Shown: positions 49,224-59,702 of the stretch, piece after piece
Numbering within the stretch: the first letter of the stretch is position 1
Layout of the letters: every line of letters begins with the position of its first letter
Assembly: GCA_963716985.1 (NCBI GenBank)
Contig: OY970323.1
Location: 832,001 to 896,000, forward strand
Length of the DNA stretch: 64,000 nt
Direction of reading: 5' to 3'
Source of the DNA: an uncultured bacterium
GTDB taxonomy: Bacteria > Chlamydiota > Chlamydiia > Chlamydiales > SM23-39
Program-made: the position numbers and the translations under genes
Notes under the pieces: generated by a model
Databases searched by the model: none
The model's input: only the letters and a program-made list of their open reading frames with translations
Told to the model about the DNA's origin: nothing

Positions 49224-51198
49224 CCGACTTTCCTAGTTACGAAATACAAAAATGAAAACATTCCCCCACAACTATGTTTGGGTCAATTTTTTTTGCGATA
49301 CGCTGTCACCCTAAAACAGTTGAGCCTTATCTTGCAGCCTGAGGATGTTTACCAGCTTTTGCTGGATTCCTGACATCCTTGTAAGCGTTGTCTCTGTTTT
49401 ATCTTTGGTTCCTTTGTGTTTGGCTAATTCGTAAGTATTTACAACCTCATTGATTCTTCCCAGCTCAGTCTCCAGCCGTTTGTATGATATATTGATTCCG
49501 GCTGCTGCAACTCTTCGCTGTAGCGTTTGCCGAAGAAGTAGCGCAATGGAACAGTATAAGGCGTGCACCTTAATATGAGCGTCTATCCAGTGATAAAGCG
49601 GCCACCAGGTCCCGGTAGCGCGATCCTTGGTTTTCTTGAATATGCCTTCCACCAAGTATTGGCTGCGATAAGCTTTGATAATCCTATCTGTATCCCATTC
49701 GTGCCTTGTCGTTACGATAATAGTCTTACCAAGATAAGTATCCTCCAGCTTTGCGAGGGCCTCTCTATCAATATGATATTGCAAAAATGGCACTCCTGTC
49801 GTGTCATCTAACGTTACCTCAGTTACTATTACACGGGAAAGAAACTGTCTGTGCAGTTTGTCCTTGCACTGATTCTCGATACTGGTCTTGGTGGGCTTTT
49901 TTCCCTTCGTCACGAGGCCATTCCGCCGATCATTCAATTTCTTTTGCAACTCTTGCAGCCCATCTATAGCGTGCGTGATATCGTTTTGTAATGTTTTGCG
50001 CTGAGTATCAAATAATTCCGGATTGTAGGTGGTTATTGTGGTGAGAAGTATGCCGCTCACGCGCTTCTTCTTTCGTAGGGCTTTGTTTCCAAGAAGATCT
50101 TTGTCCTGACAGGGTCGCAATACTCCGCTACTGTTAGAGATAGCGGCTAACTCTGTGTGCTCGCCAAGCTTGACCGAACCTACAAAATGAAGCTTCGCCA
50201 ATTTCAAGAGTTTAAAGTTGTCTTTCGAATTATTTCCCTTGTCAAAGATTATCGTTACTTCCGGCTTGCGTGACACTCCAAAGGTGATTTTCAGGAACTT
50301 GTCGAATCTACCAATAACATCCAGAAACTCCTTAGCGTCGTTCCGGTTACCCTCATATACATCATAGTAAAGAGGTATTTGACCGTCGGCGGCGCAAAAG
50401 AGTGAATAGCTGACCTGGCGTAGATTGTCCTGGCCCTGCTTATTCTTGCCTCGCTTGGCAATAGAGCATCGTTCATTGAATGTGTCGATAAAAGTATAGT
50501 AGTTGGTGCCGTCATAAGAAATTGATGCCGGATCGATGTTTTCTCTGGTAATGACACCCTTAAGAATGGTCGTCCAGATCTGTAGGCATTCTTCGTGACC
50601 AAACCGTCGCATATGATCCCAGAATCTCTGAGAACAGAGGCTATCGGCAGAAGCTTGGGGAACATATCGCACAAGTGCAGTTTCACGGAACCACTGCCAC
50701 ATTGAATTTTTGCTGCTGGCCTGAATCGCTCTATTGAGTGCTGCAATGAGTATATACTGTCCAATCGTCAGTCCTTGTGATCGTTTCATGCAAATATTAT
50801 CGATAATCGCAATGACCTCGGCCCGTCGAGCTTCAAGCCACAGAGCGGTTATAATGCCCCACTGGAATACCTGTGCAAACAATGGCTTGCGTCCCGAGCC
50901 CTCCACCGCTCTTAGAATATCCTCTGCCTTCCCTAAATACTTTTGCCACACCCGACGTGGCTTCCCATCAACTCTACGCCATTCGCAGGCGTAATAGTAC
51001 TTATGACCATTTATTACCTTAGCTTCCACCTGAGCCATACGACTCCTATTCTTATAGGATTTCTATTTTAGGGGGACACCATACTGGAAAGTCAAGGTAA
51101 AAAATTTAGGGTGACAATATTAGTCGCAAAAAAATGCCCTCAGATAATCCTGTAAGGGCAAATTAGGATGAATGAGTTTGTCTAACTAGGAAAGTCGG
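49224..51198 (-). mobile_element. IS1634-family element with 6-bp TSD
   Basis: IR ccgactttcctagtta / taactaggaaagtcgg; TSD gctagc. Confidence 0.92.
49311..51038 (-). CDS. IS1634-family transposase
   Basis: YLGK, YDGTN, YEGNRND, IFDKG, YRSQYLVEGIFK, HIKVH. Confidence 0.9.
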   Translation of the reverse strand: MAQVEAKVINGHKYYYACEWRRVDGKPRRVWQKYLGKAEDILRAVEGSGRKPLFAQVFQWGIITALWLEARRAEVIAIIDNICMKRSQGLTIGQYILIAALNRAIQASSKNSMWQWFRETALVRYVPQASADSLCSQRFWDHMRRFGHEECLQIWTTILKGVITRENIDPASISYDGTNYYTFIDTFNERCSIAKRGKNKQGQDNLRQVSYSLFCAADGQIPLYYDVYEGNRNDAKEFLDVIGRFDKFLKITFGVSRKPEVTIIFDKGNNSKDNFKLLKLAKLHFVGSVKLGEHTELAAISNSSGVLRPCQDKDLLGNKALRKKKRVSGILLTTITTYNPELFDTQRKTLQNDITHAIDGLQELQKKLNDRRNGLVTKGKKPTKTSIENQCKDKLHRQFLSRVIVTEVTLDDTTGVPFLQYHIDREALAKLEDTYLGKTIIVTTRHEWDTDRIIKAYRSQYLVEGIFKKTKDRATGTWWPLYHWIDAHIKVHALYCSIALLLRQTLQRRVAAAGINISYKRLETELGRINEVVNTYELAKHKGTKDKTETTLTRMSGIQQKLVNILRLQDKAQLF

Positions 51199-51394
51199 GC
51201 TAGCAGATAGCCAAAAATACTCTCGGCAATGTGGTATAGCGGTGCGATGCGGTCGTATACTCGATTCATTTTCAGGTTCTCTCCTGTAAGCGTAGGCGGA
51301 TATACAAGAGAGAGAATCTGATTTTGGGCTACATCGGGGATTTTTGCTTTAGTTGCAGGATCGCGAAGAATGTCTATCAGCCAACTTGGGTACA

Positions 51395-54300
51395 TCATAT
51401 AGGTCTTGGTAAAAAATAGTTGTGCATGAAGAATTCGATCGTTTTTTTAATCCACTCAGTTGGAGTATCGGGTATAACCACCCCCGATTTTTTCATTTTT
51501 TGCAGGGTGAGGCGGGCGGAAACCGTGGGCTCCTGTTCCCCCCAGCGATTTGATAGAAAGCCGGCAAGAGCTGCTGCCGGATCGTTCGGATCTTTCTTCA
51601 GATGCTCAAAAATGATTTGTTTCCACTCATCCATCGTACAAGAGGATAGGTGATAGCCTTTTTCTCTTGCGCAGGCAATCAGGGTTTCAGATTCCAAGGG
51701 ATCAGGATTTAGAATGTGAAATGTTTGATTTTTTTCGTTCGGGTCGATGGAAAGACGGGTGATGGCGCGGCTTGCAATATCAACTGGAATGATCTGTTCT
51801 GCAAAGTCGCTTCCTGGAATCTTGCCCATTTTGATGCAGGCTCGAACAAGTCCCCAATAAAAGTCGTTTTGTTGGCAGGCGCCTGATTGAGTATCGCCGC
51901 CTACGCGTCCTACCCTATAAATATTCACCGAAATATTGCGCTCTTTTGCTGCCAGCATTAGCTTTTCTGCGACCCACTTGCTCTGCAAGTAGCCCATTTC
52001 AAGCGCTTCCCCATGGCGGGGATACTCAGATTCTGTGAGTGCGCTGGACGATCCTTGATCCTCTCGTGTTAGCACATGTAAAGTGGAAATGTAATGCACT
52101 GGTTTTGTGTGGCCTGTAACGGCAAGGCGTAAAATTTCAACCGTTCCTAATACGTTACTCGCTCGCAATGCATTATAGGAATCGGCAAAATTTACCTGCG
52201 CTGCGCAGTGATAAATCGATCCCATGTTTTGAGCATAGAATTGGTATTGCTCTTCGCTTAGACCAAAATGGGGCTGATCGAGATCCCCCGGCACAACGAT
52301 GATGCGATCACAATCGATTTCGTCTGTTAAGCGATAATACGCTAAGTTCTTTCGAAGCCGCATTAGGCCTTCCAATGCGTTTTGGGCGCGCACAAGACAA
52401 TGGACGGTGTTGGAAGTGTGGAATAGAAGATCTCTGAGCAAGTAGACTCCTAGAAACCCTGTGGCTCCCGTGAGAAAGATGTTGGTTGGATTTTGGAGGG
52501 ATGGCTCCTTGGCGGTAATGGAAGCGTGGAGGAAAGAATCTTGTAGCATTTTTGCCCAAGTGATGCTTCTTTGGTTTATATTTTGTTGAGATTCAATGCT
52601 GGAAGCGAATTCTTCAACGGTCGGAAATTGGAAGAGGAGGCGTAGAGGGATTTCTTTTCCTAGACGATCGCTTAGCTTGAGGACGGCTTGCGCAGCGGAT
52701 AGCGAATGTCCTCCGAGATCAAAAAAATGATCCGTTTTACCAATCGATGATAGGCCCAGCACTTCGCTCCACGTCTTAATGATTTCTTGCTCAAGGGGCT
52801 GGCAGGCTGTGGATGGGGGAGGAGAGGCAGATTTTACGGTTGGGAGCGGCAACAATTTTTTGGCAATTTTTCCGTTAGGAGAGAGAGGAAAATGATCTAG
52901 AAAGAGAACGTGTGAGGGCACCATGTATTCGGGAAGTTTTTTCAATAAATAACTTTTGAGCGCGCTTGCTTGTTCTCTCAAATCGATCGGGCGATTGGTA
53001 AAGTGTTGCAATCCTTCGGTTTGCATCGACAGGGTTGGAGAATGTGTAGAGAGGATGGCATTGTACCGAAAGAGAAACATTTCGGTTTTATGCGTTGAGT
53101 GTTGAAGAAAAACTTCAGCTTGGACCTGGGGAATGTGTTTAAAGAGGGCAGGATCTATAAATAGCTCTCGTTCTTGATTTTTTTTATGTCCCACTTGTTT
53201 TTGCAGCTCTGCTACGGTCATTGTCTCTTTTGCATTCTCGAGAATGACGGATTGATAAAAAAGATCCATGAGGGCTAAATTGCGCAAGTCGCCCAGAAAA
53301 ATCGAGCCGCTCGAAGTTAAGAGAGATGCAGCTTTGTTCAGAACGTCAAACAGATATTCGATGCTGGGAAAATATTGCACAATTGAGTTTAAGATCACGA
53401 GATCAAAGGTTTCGTTCTCGAAGGGAGAAAAATCGGGGGCTGCGCATTGAAATAATCGAACGCTTTTTTGGTTGATGGAAGTGGCAGGAATGGCGTTGGA
53501 GATGAAGGATAGCGCCTTGGATGAGATGTCTGTTCCTATATAGAGATCGGTGTGCATCGCCAAACGAAAAAGAAGCATCCCCGTTCCGCATCCGATTTCG
53601 AGGATTTTTTTGGGTTTTAGTTTGAGGATTTTCTCTATTTTCTCATCCACCCACTCCTGCATTGCTTCTTCAGAATAAGCGTTGCCCGTATAGCTGCTGT
53701 TCCATCCCATCGCAGGAGTGGGGTGATTTGCGCTATAGGTGGTGTCAAAGACCGTTTGCCAATGATGGATGCGCTCTTGTTCCTGCGAGCGCGTATTGGA
53801 AGAAACGACATAAGCTGTAAGTGTCTGATCGTGCGCTGCAACCGTTGCAGATTGAATGCCTGGATACTCCAGTAGAGCTTGCTCAATCTCTCCCAATTCA
53901 ATCCGTACGCCCCTCATTTTGACTTGGTCATCAACTCTTCCTAGAAATTCGATTTCTCCATTTTGCCAATACCTGGCAAGATCTCCCGTTTTATATAATG
54001 TCTGCCCTGGAAGGAATGGGTTAGGGATAAATTTTTTCCTCGTGAGTTCCTCTCGGTTCAGATAGCCGAGTCCTACCCCTACGCCTCCTATGTATAACTC
54101 TCCGGAGACGCCGATCGGAACTGGCTGCATTTGGGAGTCAAGGATATAAATCTGCGTATTGGCGATGGGTCTACCAATCGGTATGACCTGCTTTTGAGTC
54201 TTTTTCGAGCAATCCCAAAACGTCACATCGATCGAAACTTCGGTAGGGCCATATAAATTATGTAATTGAGCATGGCTATTTTTTTTAAAATGGTTTGCGA

Positions 54301-56557
54301 GTTCGTAGGAAAGCGCCTCACCGCTGCAAAAGACAAGGCGCAAAGAGGGGCAATGGCTAACCTGCGATAAAAAGAGCATCAGCATGGAGGGGACAAAATG
54401 GAGAGTTGTGACTTTGTATTGTTGGATACAGCAGGCAAGCAGGGCAGGATCGCGGTGGATGCCTGGGGCAGCGATAATGAGCTCTGCGCCCGTGATGAGT
54501 GGCCAGAAAAATTCCCACACGGAGACATCAAAGCTGCAAGAAGTTTTTTGCAATACTCTATCATCGGGGGTTAGTTGATATTCTTGTTGCATCCATAAGA
54601 GTCGATTGCAAATGCCTCGATGGGGAATCATGGCTCCATTCGGCTTTCCTGTTGAGCCTGAAGTATAAATCACATAGGCAAGGCTTATCGGCTGGGCTGT
54701 GCATAGCGGGTTCGAAATTATCCCATTTGCAGGGGACACGCTTGTATCAATCGTGTGTAGAGGGAGCTTGGAAATCCATGAAGGAAGTTCTCGGTTATAG
54801 AGAAGAAGGGGCGTTTTACTATCTTCAATCATGAACGAGACTCTTTCTTCCGGATACTCCGTGTCGAGCGGAAGATATGCGCCGCCGGCTTTTAGAATCG
54901 CTAAAAGACTAATTACTTGTTCTACGGATCTAGGCATGTATACGCCAACTACAACGTTGGGTTTTACCCCCTTGTCAATGAGTTCGTGGGCGAGAAGATT
55001 TGCGCGCCTATTTAACTGCTCATAGCTCAAAGAAAGTCTCTCGTCGGTTACGGCAATTTTGGAGGGCGTTTTTGCCACTTGCTCTTCCACATACTGCGAG
55101 AGCGTCTTAGAGAATGAAAAGTCAACTTCCGTTTGGTTCCAATCAAAGAGCATTTTTCGTAGCTGTCCCTTGCTAAGAAAAGAGACTTCACCAACGCTTA
55201 AGTTAGGATTTGCTGCGATTGTTTCTAATACGGCCTGGTAGTGGTGCAGCATCGCCTCGATTGTATGTTCCGAAAAAAGTTCGGCGTTGTACTCAATTCC
55301 TACTTGATTTTCATAGATGTTGAGCAAAAGATCGAACTTGCAAGTGCCGTTATGAATCTCCATCGGCTCAATTTTTAGCCCCGGCTCATCCACTTTGGGA
55401 ATCGGTTGATTTTGCAAGACAAACATGACTTGGAAAAAAGCAGAGGTATTTAATTCTCGCTTCGGCTGAAGGATCTCGATAAGTCGTTCAAAAGGAATAT
55501 CTTGATGCTGATAGGCAGCTAGTGATTTTTTCTTTATTTGCGCTAATAAGTCCAGAAATGGGAGATCGGAATGGAGCTCTGATCGGATGACTAAGGTATT
55601 GGCAAAGAAGCCGATGAGATCGGATAGCTCGACTCGATTTCGATTCGCTACCGGCACTCCTATAAAAATAGTGTCCGCGTCTGAATAGCGGTGCAAGAGC
55701 AGTTTCCACGCGGCGAGCAATACCATGAAGAGGGTTGCTTCTTCTTGCGTTGACACTTGAGTTAATTTTTCTATTAATTCGGCCGGATAAGAGACGAGCT
55801 TTCTTGCGCCTTTATTGGAGAGCATAGCAGGGCGCGGGTAGTCAATGGGAAGTGTCAAGGGAGGAAAATCGCCTGCAAGCTCCTCTTTCCAATAAGCGAT
55901 TTGTTTATCTAGAATGGCCCCTCTGAGCCACTCTTTTTGCCATACGGAAAAATCGCTATATTGGATCGACAGCGGAGGCAACGGATCGGGCAAATTTTGA
56001 GAATAGGCTTGCAGAAGAGTTGTGACTTCTTTGATGATCAGTCCCAAAGACCAACCGTCAGAGATGATGTGATGCATGGTCCAAAGCAAAATATGATCTT
56101 CTTTATTGAGTCGGATCAATCGGACTCTAAATAGGGGCCCGGTCTCCAGATCAAACGGGCGAATGGTTTCCTCTCGAGCAATCTCTTCAGCTCTTTGTTC
56201 GTCGGATACACTTTCTATGGGCAGATCCACTTCTCGAGAAGTTTGAATCATTTGCATCGGTTCGCCATCTTTGCGTGTAAACGTAGTGCGCAACGATTCG
56301 TGACGCTGCACGATGCGAGAGAGCGCTTTTTGTAGAAGCTGAGGATCGATCGCTCCTCGAATGCGGACGGCATCGTGCATGTTGTAAACAGAAGAGCCAG
56401 GGACAAGTTGCTCTAAAAACCAAAGCCGCTGCTGGGAAAAAGATAGAGGAGCAAACTGGGAAGCGGGTTTTTTAGGGATTTTATCTATACGCAATTTGCC
56501 TTCTGCAAGTTTTGCGAGAAGCTCTTTTTTCGAGTTTGACAATGCGTGAATATTCAT
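51395..56557 (-). CDS. NRPS termination module C-A(N-MT)-T-R
   Basis: HHIISDGWS; YTSGSTGKP, YKTGDL; embedded LEIGCGTG / NSIVQYFP; LGGHSL; TGATGFLG, GYLQSKW. Confidence 0.95.
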   Translation of the reverse strand: MNIHALSNSKKELLAKLAEGKLRIDKIPKKPASQFAPLSFSQQRLWFLEQLVPGSSVYNMHDAVRIRGAIDPQLLQKALSRIVQRHESLRTTFTRKDGEPMQMIQTSREVDLPIESVSDEQRAEEIAREETIRPFDLETGPLFRVRLIRLNKEDHILLWTMHHIISDGWSLGLIIKEVTTLLQAYSQNLPDPLPPLSIQYSDFSVWQKEWLRGAILDKQIAYWKEELAGDFPPLTLPIDYPRPAMLSNKGARKLVSYPAELIEKLTQVSTQEEATLFMVLLAAWKLLLHRYSDADTIFIGVPVANRNRVELSDLIGFFANTLVIRSELHSDLPFLDLLAQIKKKSLAAYQHQDIPFERLIEILQPKRELNTSAFFQVMFVLQNQPIPKVDEPGLKIEPMEIHNGTCKFDLLLNIYENQVGIEYNAELFSEHTIEAMLHHYQAVLETIAANPNLSVGEVSFLSKGQLRKMLFDWNQTEVDFSFSKTLSQYVEEQVAKTPSKIAVTDERLSLSYEQLNRRANLLAHELIDKGVKPNVVVGVYMPRSVEQVISLLAILKAGGAYLPLDTEYPEERVSFMIEDSKTPLLLYNRELPSWISKLPLHTIDTSVSPANGIISNPLCTAQPISLAYVIYTSGSTGKPNGAMIPHRGICNRLLWMQQEYQLTPDDRVLQKTSCSFDVSVWEFFWPLITGAELIIAAPGIHRDPALLACCIQQYKVTTLHFVPSMLMLFLSQVSHCPSLRLVFCSGEALSYELANHFKKNSHAQLHNLYGPTEVSIDVTFWDCSKKTQKQVIPIGRPIANTQIYILDSQMQPVPIGVSGELYIGGVGVGLGYLNREELTRKKFIPNPFLPGQTLYKTGDLARYWQNGEIEFLGRVDDQVKMRGVRIELGEIEQALLEYPGIQSATVAAHDQTLTAYVVSSNTRSQEQERIHHWQTVFDTTYSANHPTPAMGWNSSYTGNAYSEEAMQEWVDEKIEKILKLKPKKILEIGCGTGMLLFRLAMHTDLYIGTDISSKALSFISNAIPATSINQKSVRLFQCAAPDFSPFENETFDLVILNSIVQYFPSIEYLFDVLNKAASLLTSSGSIFLGDLRNLALMDLFYQSVILENAKETMTVAELQKQVGHKKNQERELFIDPALFKHIPQVQAEVFLQHSTHKTEMFLFRYNAILSTHSPTLSMQTEGLQHFTNRPIDLREQASALKSYLLKKLPEYMVPSHVLFLDHFPLSPNGKIAKKLLPLPTVKSASPPPSTACQPLEQEIIKTWSEVLGLSSIGKTDHFFDLGGHSLSAAQAVLKLSDRLGKEIPLRLLFQFPTVEEFASSIESQQNINQRSITWAKMLQDSFLHASITAKEPSLQNPTNIFLTGATGFLGVYLLRDLLFHTSNTVHCLVRAQNALEGLMRLRKNLAYYRLTDEIDCDRIIVVPGDLDQPHFGLSEEQYQFYAQNMGSIYHCAAQVNFADSYNALRASNVLGTVEILRLAVTGHTKPVHYISTLHVLTREDQGSSSALTESEYPRHGEALEMGYLQSKWVAEKLMLAAKERNISVNIYRVGRVGGDTQSGACQQNDFYWGLVRACIKMGKIPGSDFAEQIIPVDIASRAITRLSIDPNEKNQTFHILNPDPLESETLIACAREKGYHLSSCTMDEWKQIIFEHLKKDPNDPAAALAGFLSNRWGEQEPTVSARLTLQKMKKSGVVIPDTPTEWIKKTIEFFMHNYFLPRPI

Positions 56558-57984
56558 GCTATCTCAGCGGTTGAAAGAGAGAGATGTCTTCTCAAAAGTT
56601 TTCCTGTGGCATTTCGAGGCAATGCGCTCAATTGGGTGAAAGTTTCCGGAATTTTAAATGGAGCAAGCCGTTTTTTGCAAAATTGGATGAGCTCTTTTTG
56701 AGAAATTTGATGGCTTTCTTTTAGGACGATGGCGGCGTGAACGCGCTCTCCCACAATAGAATCAGGAGACCCGAAAACAGCTGCCTCTTTGATGGCGGGA
56801 TGTTTCTCTAAAATTTGCTCTACTTCTGCCGGATATACTTTTAATCCCGATACGTTGATTAAATCTTTTTTGCGGTCAATGAGGTAGAGGTTGCCGGCTG
56901 CGTCTTTACGTCCAATATCTCCGGTATAAAGCCAGCCGTTTCTGATTGAAAGGGCTGTCTCTTCTGGCCGGTTCCAATATTGTTTCATCACGTTTGGTCC
57001 TTGAATTGCGATTTCTCCAGCCTCTCCAGGAGCCGTTTCTTCGCCTTGGTCGTTGACAAGTTTGATTTTTACTTGCTCGATGGGAAGTCCAATGGAGACC
57101 GGATTGTCGATCGGCGAGTCGTTGTAGCAAGCAAAAGGAGCGCTTTCGGTAAGGCCGTAGCCTTGGTGAATCGGTACCTCGAAGCGCTGGAGCCAAGCCT
57201 CTGCAATGTCTTGAGTGAGCGGAGCTGCACCCGAATGGCAATACCGCACCCAGTGAAACTGTTTTTTCGCAGCAGGGGTTTGGAGAATGAGGCGATACAT
57301 TGTGGGAACCCCAAAAATCATGCTGACTCGTTCTTTTTCGATGATCTCGCAAATGGTGTGCGGGGTAAAGGTGCGAAGAAGAACGATGCAAGCTCCGGCT
57401 GAGAGAGCATGGTGAAGGATGAGATTTTGGCCGAAACAATGAGAGATAGGGATTGCAAGCAATAAGCGGTCAGTTGAGGCTGTGCAGCAATATTTGCCAA
57501 TCGATTCTGATACAAACCGAACGTTTCGATAAGTGAGGGCTACTCCCTTTGGCGTGCCCGTTGTGCCCGAGGTGTAGAGGATGGCAAGAATATCATCCTC
57601 ATTTAGAGGATGAGCAGATGAGGTCTCATTTGCAAGAGGTGTTTCTTTCGTAAAGAACGCTCGGATGTGGTTTGGAAGACGCCCCTTTTGTTCCTCATTG
57701 GTGATCAATAGAGAAGCAGAGCAATCTGTCAAGAGAGTTTGGATCTCTTCTTGTGTCAAAGAGAAATGCAAAGGAACGACAATGGCTCCAAGACGGATAA
57801 TGGCAAAATACCAGAAAATAAAATCGGGACAGTTTGGAAACAATAGAGCCACTCGGGTCTCCGATTGTATCCCCATTTGCCGAAGCGCGTTCGTGCGCGC
57901 CTCTACAATGAATGCGAGATCTTTGTAGGTGTAAGAGAGATTTTCAAAACGAATGGCTTCGTTATTCAGCAAGGGAATATTCAA
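56554..57984 (-). CDS. Stand-alone acyl-CoA/AMP ligase
   Basis: YTSGTTGTPKG, GYGLTE, GWLYTGD, DRKKD, PRNATGK. Confidence 0.92.
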   Translation of the reverse strand: MNIPLLNNEAIRFENLSYTYKDLAFIVEARTNALRQMGIQSETRVALLFPNCPDFIFWYFAIIRLGAIVVPLHFSLTQEEIQTLLTDCSASLLITNEEQKGRLPNHIRAFFTKETPLANETSSAHPLNEDDILAILYTSGTTGTPKGVALTYRNVRFVSESIGKYCCTASTDRLLLAIPISHCFGQNLILHHALSAGACIVLLRTFTPHTICEIIEKERVSMIFGVPTMYRLILQTPAAKKQFHWVRYCHSGAAPLTQDIAEAWLQRFEVPIHQGYGLTESAPFACYNDSPIDNPVSIGLPIEQVKIKLVNDQGEETAPGEAGEIAIQGPNVMKQYWNRPEETALSIRNGWLYTGDIGRKDAAGNLYLIDRKKDLINVSGLKVYPAEVEQILEKHPAIKEAAVFGSPDSIVGERVHAAIVLKESHQISQKELIQFCKKRLAPFKIPETFTQLSALPRNATGKLLRRHLSLSTAEIA

Positions 57985-59702
57985 TGTAGATTCTTTAATA
58001 ACTCCTCTACTTTATCTTCTGACATAAAATGAATCGCCTCGATGAGGCGCTGCTCTACAAGGGCGGAGAGTTTTTGCACGGTTGCTTGTTCCATGACTTC
58101 ATGAATCTCTAATTCAATGGGATAACAATCTTTCAGGGAGGCTACGATTTGTGTGGCTAAAAGGGAATGTCCCCCCAATTCGAAAAAGTCGTCTTCGATT
58201 CCGATTTGCTCTAGCCCTAAATGTTTTTGCCAGATCTCCGCTAGTACTCTTTCAATTTTTGATTGTGCAGGGGCAAAGGCGCAGCTAAGTTGCGGCCGCT
58301 CGTAAGAGGTCGAGACAGGCGCTTGAGGGGTGGTCATTGAGAGATCGAGAAGGCGAGCGGGGATCCAATATTTGGTTTTCGCAAAAAGGTGCAGGGGTCT
58401 GGATGGGCGGATTTTTGGGTTCTCTCTTTCGGGCGCTTGCTCCAAAATAGCATGCGCATTCGTTCCTCCAAATCCGAAGGAGCTTACGCCTAATCGTCGG
58501 GGAAGATGGGTGCTTTCCCAGGCTTGAGGTTCTTTGTTTACCCGAAATGGATGAGAGCCTACCTCCGGATGAAACGCTTCAAAATGGAGGGTGGGAGGGA
58601 TCATTTTGTGCTGTAAGATGAGAGCTCCTTTGATGAGCCCTGCAATCCCTGAGGCTTGATCTAAATGCCCCATGTTTGATTTGAGCGAGCCGATGAACCG
58701 GGAGCTTGTTTTACATCCATGTGCTTCGAAGACTTTTTTGAGTGCAGCAAGTTCAATGAGATCGCCAAGAAACGTTCCCGTTCCGTGTCCCTCGATATAT
58801 CCAATCGTATCGCCTTGGATTCCAGCTGCATTGAGTGCTTTTTCTATCACTCTCATTTGGCTTTCCATGCTTGGCGCTGCAAAACTTGGTTTGGAAGCAC
58901 CGTCATTATTGATTGCAGTTCCAAGTATTACTGCGTGGATCGGGTCTTTATCTTTGAGAGCATCTTCCAATCGTTTGAGCAAAACGACGCCGGCTCCATC
59001 TCCACCTAGCGTCCCGCGCGCTTTGAGATCGAATGGGCGGCACTTTCCGTCGGGTGAGAAGACCCCCCCTTCTTGATAAAAATAGCCGGTGTTCGGGAAG
59101 ACAATAGAGACTCCTCCAGCGAGCGCCATATCGCATTCCTTTGAGAGGAGCGCTTGGCAGGCTTGATGCACGCAGACGAGAGAGGTGGAGCAGGCCGTTT
59201 GAATCGTCATGCTCGGGCCGCAAAAGTTCAATTTATAAGAGACTCTGGTGGCTAGAAAATCTTTTTCGGAATGCATGGCAAGACCGTGCACTTCTGTTAA
59301 GATCTTATCATTGGCAAGAACGTGAAACAGTAAATAGGTGTTTTGATTGGAGCCTGCAAACACTCCGATGGAACGGGTGCATTCTCTAGGATCATAACCT
59401 CCGTTTTCGATCGCATGCCATGCGCATTCTAGGAAAATACGCTGTTGGGGATCGATGAGTTCAGCTTCTTTAGGGCTGTAAGAGAAAAAAGAGGCGTCAA
59501 AATGGTCAAATGAAGAGAGAAGGCCTCTTCTTGGAACAAAATAAGGATTGTGGATGAGCGATTCTGGCAAGCCTTGTTGTCGTAATTCTTCGGGGCGAAA
59601 CGTCGTGATGGTTTCTTTGCCCGATTTGAGCGCATCCCAGAATTGATCGATATTGGCAGCTCCTGGAAAACGACCTGCCATTCCAATAATTGCGATTTTC
59701 AT
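57981..59702 (-). CDS. AT-less PKS module KS-ACP
   Basis: DPQQR, TACSTS, HGTGT, KSNMGH, SSFGFGGTNAH; LGGHSL; no AT domain. Confidence 0.93.
   Translation of the reverse strand: MKIAIIGMAGRFPGAANIDQFWDALKSGKETITTFRPEELRQQGLPESLIHNPYFVPRRGLLSSFDHFDASFFSYSPKEAELIDPQQRIFLECAWHAIENGGYDPRECTRSIGVFAGSNQNTYLLFHVLANDKILTEVHGLAMHSEKDFLATRVSYKLNFCGPSMTIQTACSTSLVCVHQACQALLSKECDMALAGGVSIVFPNTGYFYQEGGVFSPDGKCRPFDLKARGTLGGDGAGVVLLKRLEDALKDKDPIHAVILGTAINNDGASKPSFAAPSMESQMRVIEKALNAAGIQGDTIGYIEGHGTGTFLGDLIELAALKKVFEAHGCKTSSRFIGSLKSNMGHLDQASGIAGLIKGALILQHKMIPPTLHFEAFHPEVGSHPFRVNKEPQAWESTHLPRRLGVSSFGFGGTNAHAILEQAPERENPKIRPSRPLHLFAKTKYWIPARLLDLSMTTPQAPVSTSYERPQLSCAFAPAQSKIERVLAEIWQKHLGLEQIGIEDDFFELGGHSLLATQIVASLKDCYPIELEIHEVMEQATVQKLSALVEQRLIEAIHFMSEDKVEELLKNLH

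Larger units (their letters stand above)
48677..51398 (-). pseudogene. Class I SAM methyltransferase split by IS1634
   Basis: N-part ...YDRIAPLY...FGYLLA joins GIHMQRER...LLEVSPGSG...NAEYLPFADESFD in frame after IS removal. Confidence 0.88.

Noticed and set aside
49224..49261. Start of the 194-aa methyltransferase at 49261
   Set aside because: Start lies inside the IS1634 end; the native N-terminus is at 51199-51398
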